NCBI GenBank assembly: GCA_963664405.1
Contig: OY761158.1
Location: forward strand, 3,840,001 to 3,904,000
Direction: 5' to 3'
Source: Thermoanaerobaculia bacterium
GTDB taxonomy: Bacteria; Acidobacteriota; Thermoanaerobaculia; Multivoradales; Multivoraceae
Length of the DNA: 64,000 bases
The translations under genes and the position numbers were made by a program. Shown here one piece after another: positions 30,272 through 39,704 of this stretch. How positions within the stretch are numbered: position 1 is the stretch's first letter; each line of letters begins with the position of its first letter. The notes under the pieces are model-generated. The model saw only the letters and a list, made by a program, of their open reading frames with translations. It searched no databases and was not told the origin of the DNA.

Positions 30272-31237
30272 ATGGGACGTGATCTCAGGCACATTCCGCA
30301 GGATCTTCTCGCTTCTTCGGGCCCTCTCGGCCCCTTGATCGAAGTGACGACACGAACCATGCAGGGGCGTCTTCTGCTTCGACCCTCGCCTGCGCTCAGA
30401 GAGATCATCATTGGCATCCTCGCCCGTTCTGCCCGGATGTATAAGGTGTCGGTGGTTGGCTTCGTTTATCTGTCAAACCACTTTCATCTCCTGCTCCGAA
30501 CCCGCGATGTGAGGGAGCTGTCGGCTTTCATGTGTTTTGTCAACGGGAATGTGGCCCGGGAGGCGGCGCGGTTGCATGGCTGGCCTGAGAAGTTTTGGTC
30601 ACGACGCTTCACTGCGATCTTGATCAGTAACGAGGAGGACAAACAACTTGAGAAGCTCCGTTATCTCTTCGCACAGGGCTCCAAGGAGGGTCTGGTTCAG
30701 CACCCCGAGGAATGGCCTGGCGCGAGCTCCGTCCAGGCGCAGATGAGAGGGGAGGGTCTTTCGGGAGTCTGGTTCGATAGGACCGCCGAGGGTGACGCTC
30801 GACGATGCGGACGGAAGCCGAGCAAGTACGAGTTTGCGTCACGGGAGACGTTGAAGCTCTCCCCCCCGCCCGTTTGGGACGGCATTGAGCCGAAGGAGGC
30901 CTGTCGAAGGGTTTGCGAGATGGTCTGCGAGGTCGTAGCCGAGACTAGCGCCGCTCTTCGAGAGCGGGGTGATAGACCTCTGGGGGTTCAAAGGATTCTG
31001 CGCCAGCATCCCCACTCGAGACCGATAGCTCTGAAGCGATCACCCGCGCCCCGTTTCCATGCCTCTAGCTGGGACGTCCGCAAGCGGCTAGAGGAAGCCT
31101 ACAAAGCCTTCCTTGTCGCCTACCGGCAGGCAGCGGCTCAGCTTCGGAGTGGCGAGCTGGGGGTCGAGTTTCCAGCGCAGTGTTTCCCTCCAGCCCTTCC
31201 TTCCGTCAGGGGTCCGACCCTCATCTCAGCTTCCTAG
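30272..31237 (+). CDS. HUH Y1 transposase, REP-associated tyrosine transposase (RAYT)-like
   Basis: VTTRT, LSNHFHLL (HUH), FWSRRF and LRYLFAQGSKEGLV...EEWPGASS (catalytic Tyr region). No tnpB partner and no long TIRs. Confidence 0.85.
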   Translation: MGRDLRHIPQDLLASSGPLGPLIEVTTRTMQGRLLLRPSPALREIIIGILARSARMYKVSVVGFVYLSNHFHLLLRTRDVRELSAFMCFVNGNVAREAARLHGWPEKFWSRRFTAILISNEEDKQLEKLRYLFAQGSKEGLVQHPEEWPGASSVQAQMRGEGLSGVWFDRTAEGDARRCGRKPSKYEFASRETLKLSPPPVWDGIEPKEACRRVCEMVCEVVAETSAALRERGDRPLGVQRILRQHPHSRPIALKRSPAPRFHASSWDVRKRLEEAYKAFLVAYRQAAAQLRSGELGVEFPAQCFPPALPSVRGPTLISAS

Positions 31238-31297
31238 TTCCGAGTCGAAGGAACGACAAGGGGATGTGGGAGGCTCAGCTCCATTCGAAGGCGATCC

Positions 31298-31813
31298 TTA
31301 CTCAGACACCGTGATGCTTACCATGCGGATCGGGCTGGCGGGCCGATCGCTGCCATCGGTGGGCGTGGATTCGATCTTCTGGACCACGTCCGCTCCCGCG
31401 GTGACCTTGCCGAAGACCGGGTGCTTGGATGGGCCCGGTGAGAACCAGTCGAGGTGAGCGTTGTGGACAGTGTTGACAAAGAATTGAGAACCACCACTGT
31501 TCGGTTGGCCGGTGTTCGCCATCGATAGCGTAAACGGTTCGTTGGAGATCTGGTGCTCGGCCGGGTGCTCATCGGCAATGGTACCGCCCGGGGGGCCGCC
31601 CGTGCCGGCGCGCGGACTGCGGGGGTCGCTGCTGAAGGGGCAGCCGAACTGCAGCATGAATCCGTTGATCACTCGGTGAAAGTGAAGCCCGTCGTAGAAG
31701 CCCGATTTGGCCAGCTCGACGAAGTTAGCGGCGGTAATTGGCATCTGGTCGGCGTAGATCTCGGCCTCGAAGGTGCCCAAAGACGTCTCGAAAGTGGCTG
31801 TTGGATTTGACAT
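31298..31813 (-). CDS. Cyclophilin-type peptidyl-prolyl isomerase
   Basis: [39 protein letters not shown] and HPVFGKV motifs. Confidence 0.96.
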   Translation of the reverse strand: MSNPTATFETSLGTFEAEIYADQMPITAANFVELAKSGFYDGLHFHRVINGFMLQFGCPFSSDPRSPRAGTGGPPGGTIADEHPAEHQISNEPFTLSMANTGQPNSGGSQFFVNTVHNAHLDWFSPGPSKHPVFGKVTAGADVVQKIESTPTDGSDRPASPIRMVSITVSE

Positions 31814-31923
31814 TTCTCTCCCCGGAAAAAGCGCTGGCGCTGCGTTGGCAGCAACCTCAGTTGCTCGAAACTACGACGCCATCGGCCCGGGCACAACCCC
31901 CAAATGAGGCGAACGATTCAAGG

Positions 31924-32032
31924 AAGGTGGCTGATGCCGCCGCCCGATGCTGGTTCGAAGTGGATGGCACCTCGTGTTATCGATTCGCTGAGGTACTTCG
32001 TGGGACTCTATGCGAAGTACCTGGCACTTTGC
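31924..32032. repeat. Cluster of degenerate REP-like hairpins
   Basis: AAGGTGGCTGATGCC (31924), AAGTGGATGGCACCT (31958) and AAGTACCTGGCACTT (32015) resemble AGGTGGCTGGCACCT (reverse complement of 30188-30202). There is also a 10-bp inverted repeat at 31991-32000/32013-32022. Confidence 0.5.
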
Positions 32033-32053
32033 AGAGCAGCGATCACTCATTGC

Positions 32054-35000
32054 TCACTGCCTACCTGTTTTGATGTAGAGCACCGGAACGATGACCAGGT
32101 TCAGTAGGGTTGAGGACGCGAGTCCTCCGAGGATGACTTGGGCCATGGGGCTCTGGATCTCGTTGCCGGGAGCGCCTGCCGCCAGGACCAAAGGAACAAG
32201 GGCCAATGCCGCGGTGAGGGCCGTCATCAAGATCGGGGCCATGCGTTCCTCGGAGCCGCGCTGCACTGCTTCTTCGAGGGAGGTGCCGTTGGCCCTAAGT
32301 CGCTGGTAGTTGTTGACAAGCAATACACCATTGCGTGCTGCGATGCCAAATAGGGCGACGAAGCCGACCATCGTTGCTACTGAAAGGACTCCGTCGCTCA
32401 GAGCGATCGCGAGTACGCCACCGATGAGGGCCAAGGGCAGGTTGACCAGCACAATCAGGGCGTCTCGGTGGGAGCCGAATTCTAGGTAGAGGAGGCTGTA
32501 CATGCCAGCGAGTAGCAACAGGGAGAGCAAAGCGAGGTTGCGAGTGCTCCGCACCGCCTCTTCGAATTGGCCACTGAAGGTCACGAAGTAGCCCTGCGGC
32601 AGGTCGACTTTGTTCTCGACCGCAGCCCTAGCGCGAGCTACAGCCCCGGCGAGATCGACTCCCGTCACGTTTGCGGTGAGCATCGCGACTCGTTGCACGT
32701 TCTCGCGACGGATCAGTGAGGGTCCGAGGGTTTTCCGGACGTCAGCAACACGGTCGAGGTGCACGATGTCGCCCGTCGGCAAGGACACCGGCAGCCTGGC
32801 GATGCGCTCCGGCGACGTACGCAGCTCGGGCGGAAGCCGCACGATGACTCTCGAGGTCAGCCCCCCCTCGAGGATCTCCCCGACATGCACGCCCTGGAAC
32901 AGCGCTTCGACCGAAGTCGCTAGCTCGGCGGGCGATAGCCCGCTCTGACCCATCGCTGCTCGATCGAAGTCGATGAGCAATTGCGGAACAACAGCCTGCT
33001 CTTGGTTGGACAGGTCTACGATCTCGGGAATCGAGCCAAGCACCTGCTCGATGCTCGAGGCGATATTTCTTAGAACCGCGAGGTCGGGGCCAAAGATCTT
33101 CACCGCGAGATTGGTTCTGGAGCCGGAGATCATGTGATCGATGCGGTGACTGATCGGCTGGCCGAAGGTGACCGTGGCGCCCGGCACTGTCGCCACTGCT
33201 TGCCGCATCTCCGCTATCAGCTCCTCCTTGTCGCGGCCGTGCTCCAACGGGCCAAGGACCACCTCCATCTCTGAGGCATTGACTCCTTGCACGTGCTCGT
33301 CCTTCTCCGCGCGTCCTGTGCGACGGCTGGTCGAGACGACCTCGGGGAACGCGAGCAGGCTCTCCTCGACCAGCTGTCCCGCACGGTCACTGTCGGCCAA
33401 GGGGATGCCGGGTGGACTGACGATCGAGATCGTGAGCGAGCCCTCGTTGAACGCGGGTAGAAAGCTGCGGCCAAGACCCGGCAGCAGAGCCGCTGAGGAC
33501 GCCAGGCCCGCTAGGGCCAGAATCGCGACCGGCCGCGGGTGGGCGAGGCTCCACCCGAGAACCGGCCGGTAGACGTTGCGACAGCCTCGAAGCAGCCACG
33601 ACTCACGCCTCTTCGCCAGCCCCGGAGCGTCGAGCATCAGCGAGCACAGCGCCGGGGTGATCGTCAGCGCGACGAAGAGTGAGGAGGCCACGGCCGCAAC
33701 AAAGGCGAATCCGAGAGGTCGAAGAAGCCGCCCCTCGAGACCGGGCAAGAAGAAGATCGGGACGAAGACCAGGATTACCAACAGCGTTGCGAAAAAGATC
33801 GGGCTCACGATCTCCGAGGTCGCATCGGCGACCACTTCGATCAGCGGCCGTTGGTCCGGTCCACCGGCACGCTCTTCTTTGAGTCTGCGGAAGATGTTTT
33901 CGACCGCGATGATGGCGTCGTCGACGAGAAGGCCAATGGCGATGGTCAGACCGCCCAGTGTCATCGTATTGATGGTCATGCCGAGCAGCGAGATGACAGT
34001 GACTCCGGCGACGAGTGAAAGTGGGATCGCCAAGGCGGAGATGAGAGTGGTGCGAACACTGCCGAGAAAAAGGGCGAGAACCAAGACGACCAAGAATGCC
34101 CCGTCGCGTAGCGCCCGCGTGACGTTGTCGATTGCGACTTCGATGAAGTCGGCCTGCCGAAAGTTCTCTTTCTCGAGCACTACTCCATCAGGTAGCGAGG
34201 CCTCGAGCCGTTCGATGACTCCGTCGATCTTTCGAGTGAGCTCGAGAGTGTTGGCGCTTGGCTGCTTCTGCACCGACAGAATGATTGCCGGTCGAGCGCG
34301 GTAGGAAGCGGTTCCCCTCGAGGGCTCGGCCCCCCAAGCGACGTCGGCTATGGCGCCGACGCGCAACGGCACACCGTCGACGGACCTCACGACAGCGCTG
34401 GCGACGTCCTCTGCGGTTCTGGCGCGCCCGAGGCCCCGTACCAAGTACTCCTGGCCTCCCTCGACATGGAAGCCCGCGACCGGGCTGCGACTCGCCCTCG
34501 AAACGGCATCGATGAGCTCCTGGAGCGGCACTCGGTACTGAGCCAGCGAAGCCGGACGGGCCGTCACTTGCAGCTGCCGCACCTCGCCGCCGATGGGCAC
34601 AACCTGCGAGATGCCGGGGATCGCCAGTAGGTTGCGGCGCACTACCGTGTCGGCCAATCGCCTGAGCTCCATAGCCGAGACGCCGTCGCCAGTCATCGCG
34701 ATGAAAGTGATCTCTCCCATGATCGACGAGACAGGGCCGAGCTCGGGCGGCTGGACCTGGGTGGGGAGCTCGACCCCTTGCAAGCGCTCGGTCACGATCT
34801 GCCGGGCCTGGTAGATGTCGGTACCCCAGTCGAACTCCGCCCAGGTGACCGAGAGTCCGTCGGCTGAGACTGAGCGCAGGCGCCGAACTCCAGGCGAGCC
34901 ATTGACTGCCGATTCGATGGGGAAGGTAACCAGCAGCTCGACCTCCTGGGGCGCCATCCCCGGCGCCTCGGTAATGACCGTGACTGTCGGCGCAGATAGA

Positions 35001-35128
35001 TTGGGGAAGATGTCCAGAGGCAGACTGGCGATCCAGATACCGCCGACAATGAGCAGGACTGCGGCCGCCGCCGTGACCAGACCACGGTGACGAATCGAGG
35101 AACGGATCAGATGATCGAGTGGGCCCAT
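32054..35128 (-). CDS. CusA/CzcA-family heavy-metal RND efflux permease
   Basis: LPLDIFPNL, APQEVELLVTFPIE, LGGLTIAIGLLVDDAIIAVEN, EGRLLRPL and RMAPILMTA motifs; 1024 aa. Confidence 0.95.
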   Translation of the reverse strand: MGPLDHLIRSSIRHRGLVTAAAAVLLIVGGIWIASLPLDIFPNLSAPTVTVITEAPGMAPQEVELLVTFPIESAVNGSPGVRRLRSVSADGLSVTWAEFDWGTDIYQARQIVTERLQGVELPTQVQPPELGPVSSIMGEITFIAMTGDGVSAMELRRLADTVVRRNLLAIPGISQVVPIGGEVRQLQVTARPASLAQYRVPLQELIDAVSRASRSPVAGFHVEGGQEYLVRGLGRARTAEDVASAVVRSVDGVPLRVGAIADVAWGAEPSRGTASYRARPAIILSVQKQPSANTLELTRKIDGVIERLEASLPDGVVLEKENFRQADFIEVAIDNVTRALRDGAFLVVLVLALFLGSVRTTLISALAIPLSLVAGVTVISLLGMTINTMTLGGLTIAIGLLVDDAIIAVENIFRRLKEERAGGPDQRPLIEVVADATSEIVSPIFFATLLVILVFVPIFFLPGLEGRLLRPLGFAFVAAVASSLFVALTITPALCSLMLDAPGLAKRRESWLLRGCRNVYRPVLGWSLAHPRPVAILALAGLASSAALLPGLGRSFLPAFNEGSLTISIVSPPGIPLADSDRAGQLVEESLLAFPEVVSTSRRTGRAEKDEHVQGVNASEMEVVLGPLEHGRDKEELIAEMRQAVATVPGATVTFGQPISHRIDHMISGSRTNLAVKIFGPDLAVLRNIASSIEQVLGSIPEIVDLSNQEQAVVPQLLIDFDRAAMGQSGLSPAELATSVEALFQGVHVGEILEGGLTSRVIVRLPPELRTSPERIARLPVSLPTGDIVHLDRVADVRKTLGPSLIRRENVQRVAMLTANVTGVDLAGAVARARAAVENKVDLPQGYFVTFSGQFEEAVRSTRNLALLSLLLLAGMYSLLYLEFGSHRDALIVLVNLPLALIGGVLAIALSDGVLSVATMVGFVALFGIAARNGVLLVNNYQRLRANGTSLEEAVQRGSEERMAPILMTALTAALALVPLVLAAGAPGNEIQSPMAQVILGGLASSTLLNLVIVPVLYIKTGRQ

Positions 35129-35129
35129 A

Positions 35130-36689
35130 TCAGTGAACGTGGCCCTGGGGCTCTCCTGTCGCCAACAGCGACGAGCGCCGGATCGCCTGACCTCCTCGCG
35201 TCACCAGGCGCTGGCCGATCGCCAGACCCTCGACAATGGCCCATTTGCCCTGCCGTGCTGTGACGTTCACCGGCTGGCGCGCGAAGCTCTCTCCGCCGAG
35301 CTGGAGATAGGCGATCATGACGCCGCCGTCGTCGACCACTGCCGTAGCGGGTACGACGATCCCCTCGGCATCTTCTTTGAGTAGGACCTGCGCTGTCGCC
35401 GAAGTCCCCAAGATCAGATCCTCAGACGGAGGTACCTCGAGTAGGACCTTGACCGTACCGGTTCTCGCGTCGACCTCCGGCGCAATCGCAACGAGACGAG
35501 ATCCGTTCTCCACTCGCAGAGACGCCCCCTCGGGGAAGTTGACGACTACCCCCCTAATGCCCTTGCTCACCCGTCTCGCCGCCTCCGGAGAGACGTCGAT
35601 CTCGAGCCAGACAGAGTCGGTTCGTACCAGTCTCGCTAGAGCAGCCCCCGCCGCTACCACCTCGCCCGGAGACGCGTGGACGACCGAGATCTCGCCGCCA
35701 AAGGGGGCTGTTACCGTTGTCGCACCCGCGCTGCCGCCCTCTCGGGCGGAGTGAGCCGCCTCCAGGTCTCGTTCGGCGGCGGCGAGACGCCCGGCGATCC
35801 GGTTGACACGGTTCTCCGCTTCTTCGATCTCGCTCTGGCTTGTCGCCTCGACTTCCAAGAGGCCCGCGAGTCTTAAGAGGCGCGCCTCGGCGACGGCCAA
35901 CTCGGCTTCGTGGGAATCGCGTTCCGCTTCGAGCGTGGCAAGGCTCCGTTCTGGAGCGATGCGTGGCACCATGCGAAAGAGTGCAGCCCCGCGAACGACC
36001 CGCCGACCGGCGTGAGGCCAGAGCCCGGGTAGTAACACCGCGTCCACCGGTGCAGTAATCGTCGCAGCCCCACCTGCCGGCGGTCGTACGCGTGCCACGC
36101 CCTCGACAGACTGGGGCAGGCTCCCGCTCGCCACCCACTCAGTGCCGAAAGAACCGCGCCATTGCTGCTCCTTGAGAAAGGAGAGAGGCTCGCCGTTGCC
36201 AATGGAGCCAGCCGGAGGTGGCGCTTCGGCGACGGCTCCTGGCGCGTTCGCCGTCCCCACGCGTACGCGCCCGCCTTTGATTTCTTCTCGACCTCCGGGC
36301 GAGGCGACGAGGAAGGCGAGATCGTATTCACCAGGCGCCTGGGGAGTGATTTCGACGTTGAAGATGCCCGCGCGGACGGGCTCATCGGCACGAAAGCGTT
36401 CCTCGCCCGCCCCGGAGCGCAGGATGATCTCCACACTGCCCTCGGCCATCGGAACAAAGCCTTCTAGCACCGTTATGTGGGTGTGAGCCAGAGAGCTCCG
36501 GCCGGCGACCAGAGATTCGACCTCCGGGAAAACCTCGTAGCGCTCTCCCCAGGCCGTAACCGACCAGCTCTCGCGCTCCACCGATTCCGCCTCCTCTATC
36601 ACCTCGGGCACACACCCCGCCAGGAGCACAAGGATCGTGAGCGCGAAGGTCGCGCTTGTCGTGTCATCATCTTTTCTTCTCATGCTCAC
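35130..36689 (-). CDS. RND efflux membrane-fusion (periplasmic adaptor) lipoprotein
   Basis: LLAGC lipobox, biotinyl-lipoyl-like VTAPFGG...PGEVV, coiled coil and C-terminal GHVH. Start may be ATG 36683. Confidence 0.9.
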   Translation of the reverse strand: MSMRRKDDDTTSATFALTILVLLAGCVPEVIEEAESVERESWSVTAWGERYEVFPEVESLVAGRSSLAHTHITVLEGFVPMAEGSVEIILRSGAGEERFRADEPVRAGIFNVEITPQAPGEYDLAFLVASPGGREEIKGGRVRVGTANAPGAVAEAPPPAGSIGNGEPLSFLKEQQWRGSFGTEWVASGSLPQSVEGVARVRPPAGGAATITAPVDAVLLPGLWPHAGRRVVRGAALFRMVPRIAPERSLATLEAERDSHEAELAVAEARLLRLAGLLEVEATSQSEIEEAENRVNRIAGRLAAAERDLEAAHSAREGGSAGATTVTAPFGGEISVVHASPGEVVAAGAALARLVRTDSVWLEIDVSPEAARRVSKGIRGVVVNFPEGASLRVENGSRLVAIAPEVDARTGTVKVLLEVPPSEDLILGTSATAQVLLKEDAEGIVVPATAVVDDGGVMIAYLQLGGESFARQPVNVTARQGKWAIVEGLAIGQRLVTRGGQAIRRSSLLATGEPQGHVH

Positions 36690-36720
36690 TCTCCCCCAGG
36701 CGGCTCGTGCGCGGTTCTCT

Positions 36721-37911
36721 TCATTCGAGATCCAGTGGCCGTCCCTCGAATCTCTCCAGTCGTCGATGAGCCTCGAGTGCCGCAGCGTGCACTCGCAGTG
36801 TCGTCATTTCGGCGGCGAGAACTGAGCGCAGAGTGTCCAGGAGGTCGGTCAAGCTCGCCTCCCCGGCCTGAAAGGCAGCTGCCTCTGCACTCAGGATCTG
36901 CCGGTTGCCCGTGTTTGCTCCGCGGGCGGCCGCGGTAGCCTCGGCCAGTCGCTGATAGGACGCCCTGGCGCCCTCCCTCCCGGCGCCGATGGTTCGCCGC
37001 GCGGCTTCTAGCCTCGCGGTTGCGGCTTCGATACGGGCCTCGGCCAGTGCTCGCTCGGCTCTGTTGCGGTCGGCCAGAGGTAGTTGCCACGAAAGGCCAA
37101 GAATGGGACCGTCGAGAGACTCAGGGCCGGCGTCCACCTGCTGCCAGCCGGCGATCAGCTCCGGAAGCTCGATATAGCGGCCTTCGGCCTCCTGAGTGAG
37201 CTTGGCGGCCTCCAGCTCTTGCTCGAGCTCTGTCACAGTCGGGTGCTCGTCCCCGGCGCCTACCGGGTTGGGCGGCAACCGCGAAAGAGATGGCCGACTC
37301 CTCCTACTCATCGAGGGATTCCAGCCCCTCGCCCTCGCGGCTGCATAAATCGAGTCGCTCTCGAGAATCGCGTGCTGCGCCAGCAGCTCCGCTGCGGCAA
37401 GAGCCAAGCGGTCTGCAGCTAGGCCCGAGGTCTCACCATGCTCGGCTCGGCGTCGCTCCCGGGTCGCGAGCTCGCCTACAGTGCGAGCGTGATCGCCGAC
37501 TCGCGACGCGAGCTCGGTCGCCACCGCCCAATCTGCGTAGACCTCTCTCATCTCCAGTCGAAGAACTATCCGGTCGAACGCCAGTCGCGCCTGGGCGGCG
37601 GCTAGCCCCCGCTGTCCTGATGCGACCGCCGCTCGCCGAGAGGGGCGGGGCAACTGCCATGTGAGAGTCAGGTCGATCTGGTCAGTCGGTCCCGAGGGGT
37701 CCTCGTGGGTTGCTTCGAGGCGAGGGTTTGCCAGAGTCCCTCGACGTCTCAGCTCGGCCTCGGCCACGGCGATGCCCTCCGCTCGCGCCAGGAGGGCGGG
37801 GTGATCTTCCTGTAAAGCCGAAAGGAATTCGGCCTCCGTAACCGTGGGCGACGATTGGCCCGCGCACGCGGCGGCAGTCGCCGCCACCACGGCAAACGCG
37901 AAGCGATGCAT
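36721..37911 (-). CDS. TolC-family outer-membrane efflux protein
   Basis: Lipoprotein-like signal (AAAC), HPALLA...NPRL, GLSWQLPL..RN and G..SL.DLLD repeats; AAGGAG Shine-Dalgarno before ATG 37911. Confidence 0.85.
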   Translation of the reverse strand: MHRFAFAVVAATAAACAGQSSPTVTEAEFLSALQEDHPALLARAEGIAVAEAELRRRGTLANPRLEATHEDPSGPTDQIDLTLTWQLPRPSRRAAVASGQRGLAAAQARLAFDRIVLRLEMREVYADWAVATELASRVGDHARTVGELATRERRRAEHGETSGLAADRLALAAAELLAQHAILESDSIYAAARARGWNPSMSRRSRPSLSRLPPNPVGAGDEHPTVTELEQELEAAKLTQEAEGRYIELPELIAGWQQVDAGPESLDGPILGLSWQLPLADRNRAERALAEARIEAATARLEAARRTIGAGREGARASYQRLAEATAAARGANTGNRQILSAEAAAFQAGEASLTDLLDTLRSVLAAEMTTLRVHAAALEAHRRLERFEGRPLDLE

Positions 37912-38083
37912 GTTGGCTCTCCTTCCCAGCCCACGGAAGCGATCGCTGTCACTTCCTTCGGCTGGAGAACATGGTGCCGAGGACGGCATGTTCGAACCTA
38001 CAGAAGCGATCGCGATCTCTTCCGTAGATCCCTCGTCTGAGTTAGCGCCCTACGCCGAAAAGGTAGGGTTTCTCAGCCGAGGC

Positions 38084-38455
38084 TCAAAGCCGCAGAGAGC
38101 AGTGGCTGTAGAAGAGCTGTTGAGGCGGCCCAGCCCGAGAGTCGAGCGCGTTCAGAGCGTCCGCTTGTTTGACTTCCCCTCTCGACAGGGTTTCCATCTG
38201 CGCTTCCCCGGCGACTGCCTTCAGAATCGGAGTCGCCTCGGGGATGGGAGCCGAGTGCTGGTGGTCCGGAACGACCTCCGAGTGTCGGTGGCCGTGAGCG
38301 GCCGCAAAGACATCAGCGCGGGGGTGGTGGCTCGTGTCTTCGTGATGATGATCGAGGGCGACGTGAAGCGAAAGGGCCATCGCGTTCGCCGCCGGCACTG
38401 CCCACAAGGCGAGGACCAAAGGAGCCCCAAGTCGCGATAAGAAGGTCCTTTGCAC
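38084..38455 (-). CDS. His-rich leader protein of the metal-efflux operon (CzcI/CruR/CutF-like architecture)
   Basis: N-terminal hydrophobic segment, His clusters HHHEDTSHH/HGHRH/HQH and a C-terminal RAGPP followed by 12 residues. Start uncertain (GTG 38455). Confidence 0.65.
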   Translation of the reverse strand: MQRTFLSRLGAPLVLALWAVPAANAMALSLHVALDHHHEDTSHHPRADVFAAAHGHRHSEVVPDHQHSAPIPEATPILKAVAGEAQMETLSRGEVKQADALNALDSRAGPPQQLFYSHCSLRL

Positions 38456-38574
38456 GCACCCATGTTCCCAGATAGGTATGTTCGCGTCAAAAGAAGACGG
38501 CCCGGTCGTCCTGCTAGGATTCGAGGCCCGAAAGCCCCACGGGCTCCCGAGAACCAACTCTACGAGGTCTTTCA

Positions 38575-39213
38575 ATGTCGAAACGAGCCAGCTTCCGGTC
38601 GGCGATCGCGGTCGCCTTAGTGCTTCTCGCGTCGCTCAGCTTTGCCGAGGTCGGTAAGAACACCGCCGTCCTGAATCCGAACCTCGCTTCCGAGGCGGAG
38701 CTCACGGCGCTCGATGGCGTTGACGCTTCAACCGCGCAAGCCATTATCGACGGCCGTCCTTTCCTCGATATCACCGAGCTCGAGGAGTTGCTCGCCGGGC
38801 GCCTCTCGGACGAGGTGCGCACAGAGCTCTATCAAGCGGTCTTCGTTCCCCTCGATCTGAATCGGGCTTCGAACGAATCGATCCTTCTGGTGCCGGGGGT
38901 GGGGCGGCGCATGGCGCACGAGTTCGACGAGTACCGCCCCTACGAGGGGATGGCGCGCTTTCGCCGAGAGATCGGCAAGTACGTCGATGAAGACGAGGTC
39001 GCCCGCCTCGAGCAATACGTCTTTGTTCCGATCAACCTCAACACCGCCTCGGAAGAGGACATCAAGACCATCCCTGGGGTCGGCAAGAGGATGACTCACG
39101 AATTCCTCGAGTACCGCCCCTATCGTAGCCTGGAGCAGTTCAGGCGCGAGATCGGCAAGTACGTCGATGAAGACGAGCTTGCTCGATTGGAACGCTTCGT
39201 CACCCTCGACTAG
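38575..39213 (+). CDS. Secreted helix-hairpin-helix repeat protein (ComEA-like)
   Basis: Signal peptide and three (L/I)N.AS..EL..(L/I).GVG/GVD units. The last two are a 60-aa tandem duplication with identical DNA at 38968-38997 and 39148-39177. Confidence 0.8.
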   Translation: MSKRASFRSAIAVALVLLASLSFAEVGKNTAVLNPNLASEAELTALDGVDASTAQAIIDGRPFLDITELEELLAGRLSDEVRTELYQAVFVPLDLNRASNESILLVPGVGRRMAHEFDEYRPYEGMARFRREIGKYVDEDEVARLEQYVFVPINLNTASEEDIKTIPGVGKRMTHEFLEYRPYRSLEQFRREIGKYVDEDELARLERFVTLD

Positions 39214-39221
39214 CGGCGGCG

Positions 39222-39617
39222 ATGCGACGCTTGCTGCGGATCATTCTGCTGATCGGAATGCTCGGGACCCTGGCTGAGCTCGTTCTGCTGGAGCATACCG
39301 AGGGCTACTGGCAGCGCCTTCCGCTGGTCCTGTTGATCTTGGGCCAGGCCGCGATCGTTCTCGAGGCGATGAGTGCCCGCCGTTGGCCTCGGCGGGCTCT
39401 GCAGGGTCTGATGGCGGCTTTTCTGGTCGGCGGAACGATCGGCCTCTACCAGCACTACCAGGTGAATCTGGAGTTCGAGCGCGAGATGTATTCCTCTCGG
39501 GCCGGGCTCGAGCTGGTCTGGGAGTCCCTCAAAGGCGCGACGCCCGCCCTCGCACCGGCTGCAATGATCTACCTGGGCCTACTCGGACTGCTCTACTGCC
39601 GAGCGCAGGCAGACTAG
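39222..39617 (+). CDS. Hypothetical 4-TM membrane protein
   Basis: 131 aa with four hydrophobic helices and ELVLLEH and P.LAP motifs; 8 nt downstream of the HhH gene. Confidence 0.75.
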   Translation: MRRLLRIILLIGMLGTLAELVLLEHTEGYWQRLPLVLLILGQAAIVLEAMSARRWPRRALQGLMAAFLVGGTIGLYQHYQVNLEFEREMYSSRAGLELVWESLKGATPALAPAAMIYLGLLGLLYCRAQAD

Positions 39618-39704
39618 CCCCAGAAAACGCGCCTTCGGCCCGTTTTCCGGCCCATCCCCGCCTGAGAACTACTCGCCTGTCCGAATTCTCGGACACACTC
39701 CTAG
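39614..39704. repeat. Repeat family 1, short divergent unit A0
   Basis: CTAG-CCCCAGAAAACG..CGTTTTCC ... TGTCCGA-ATTC-TCGGACA-CACTC-CTAG. It has the same two end types as unit A1 and shares the CTAG at 39701-39704. Confidence 0.7.

Noticed and set aside
31924-32032. Possible mini-CRISPR array
   Set aside because: Units are about 15 nt, degenerate and too closely spaced, and no cas genes are present. It fits a REP-like cluster better.
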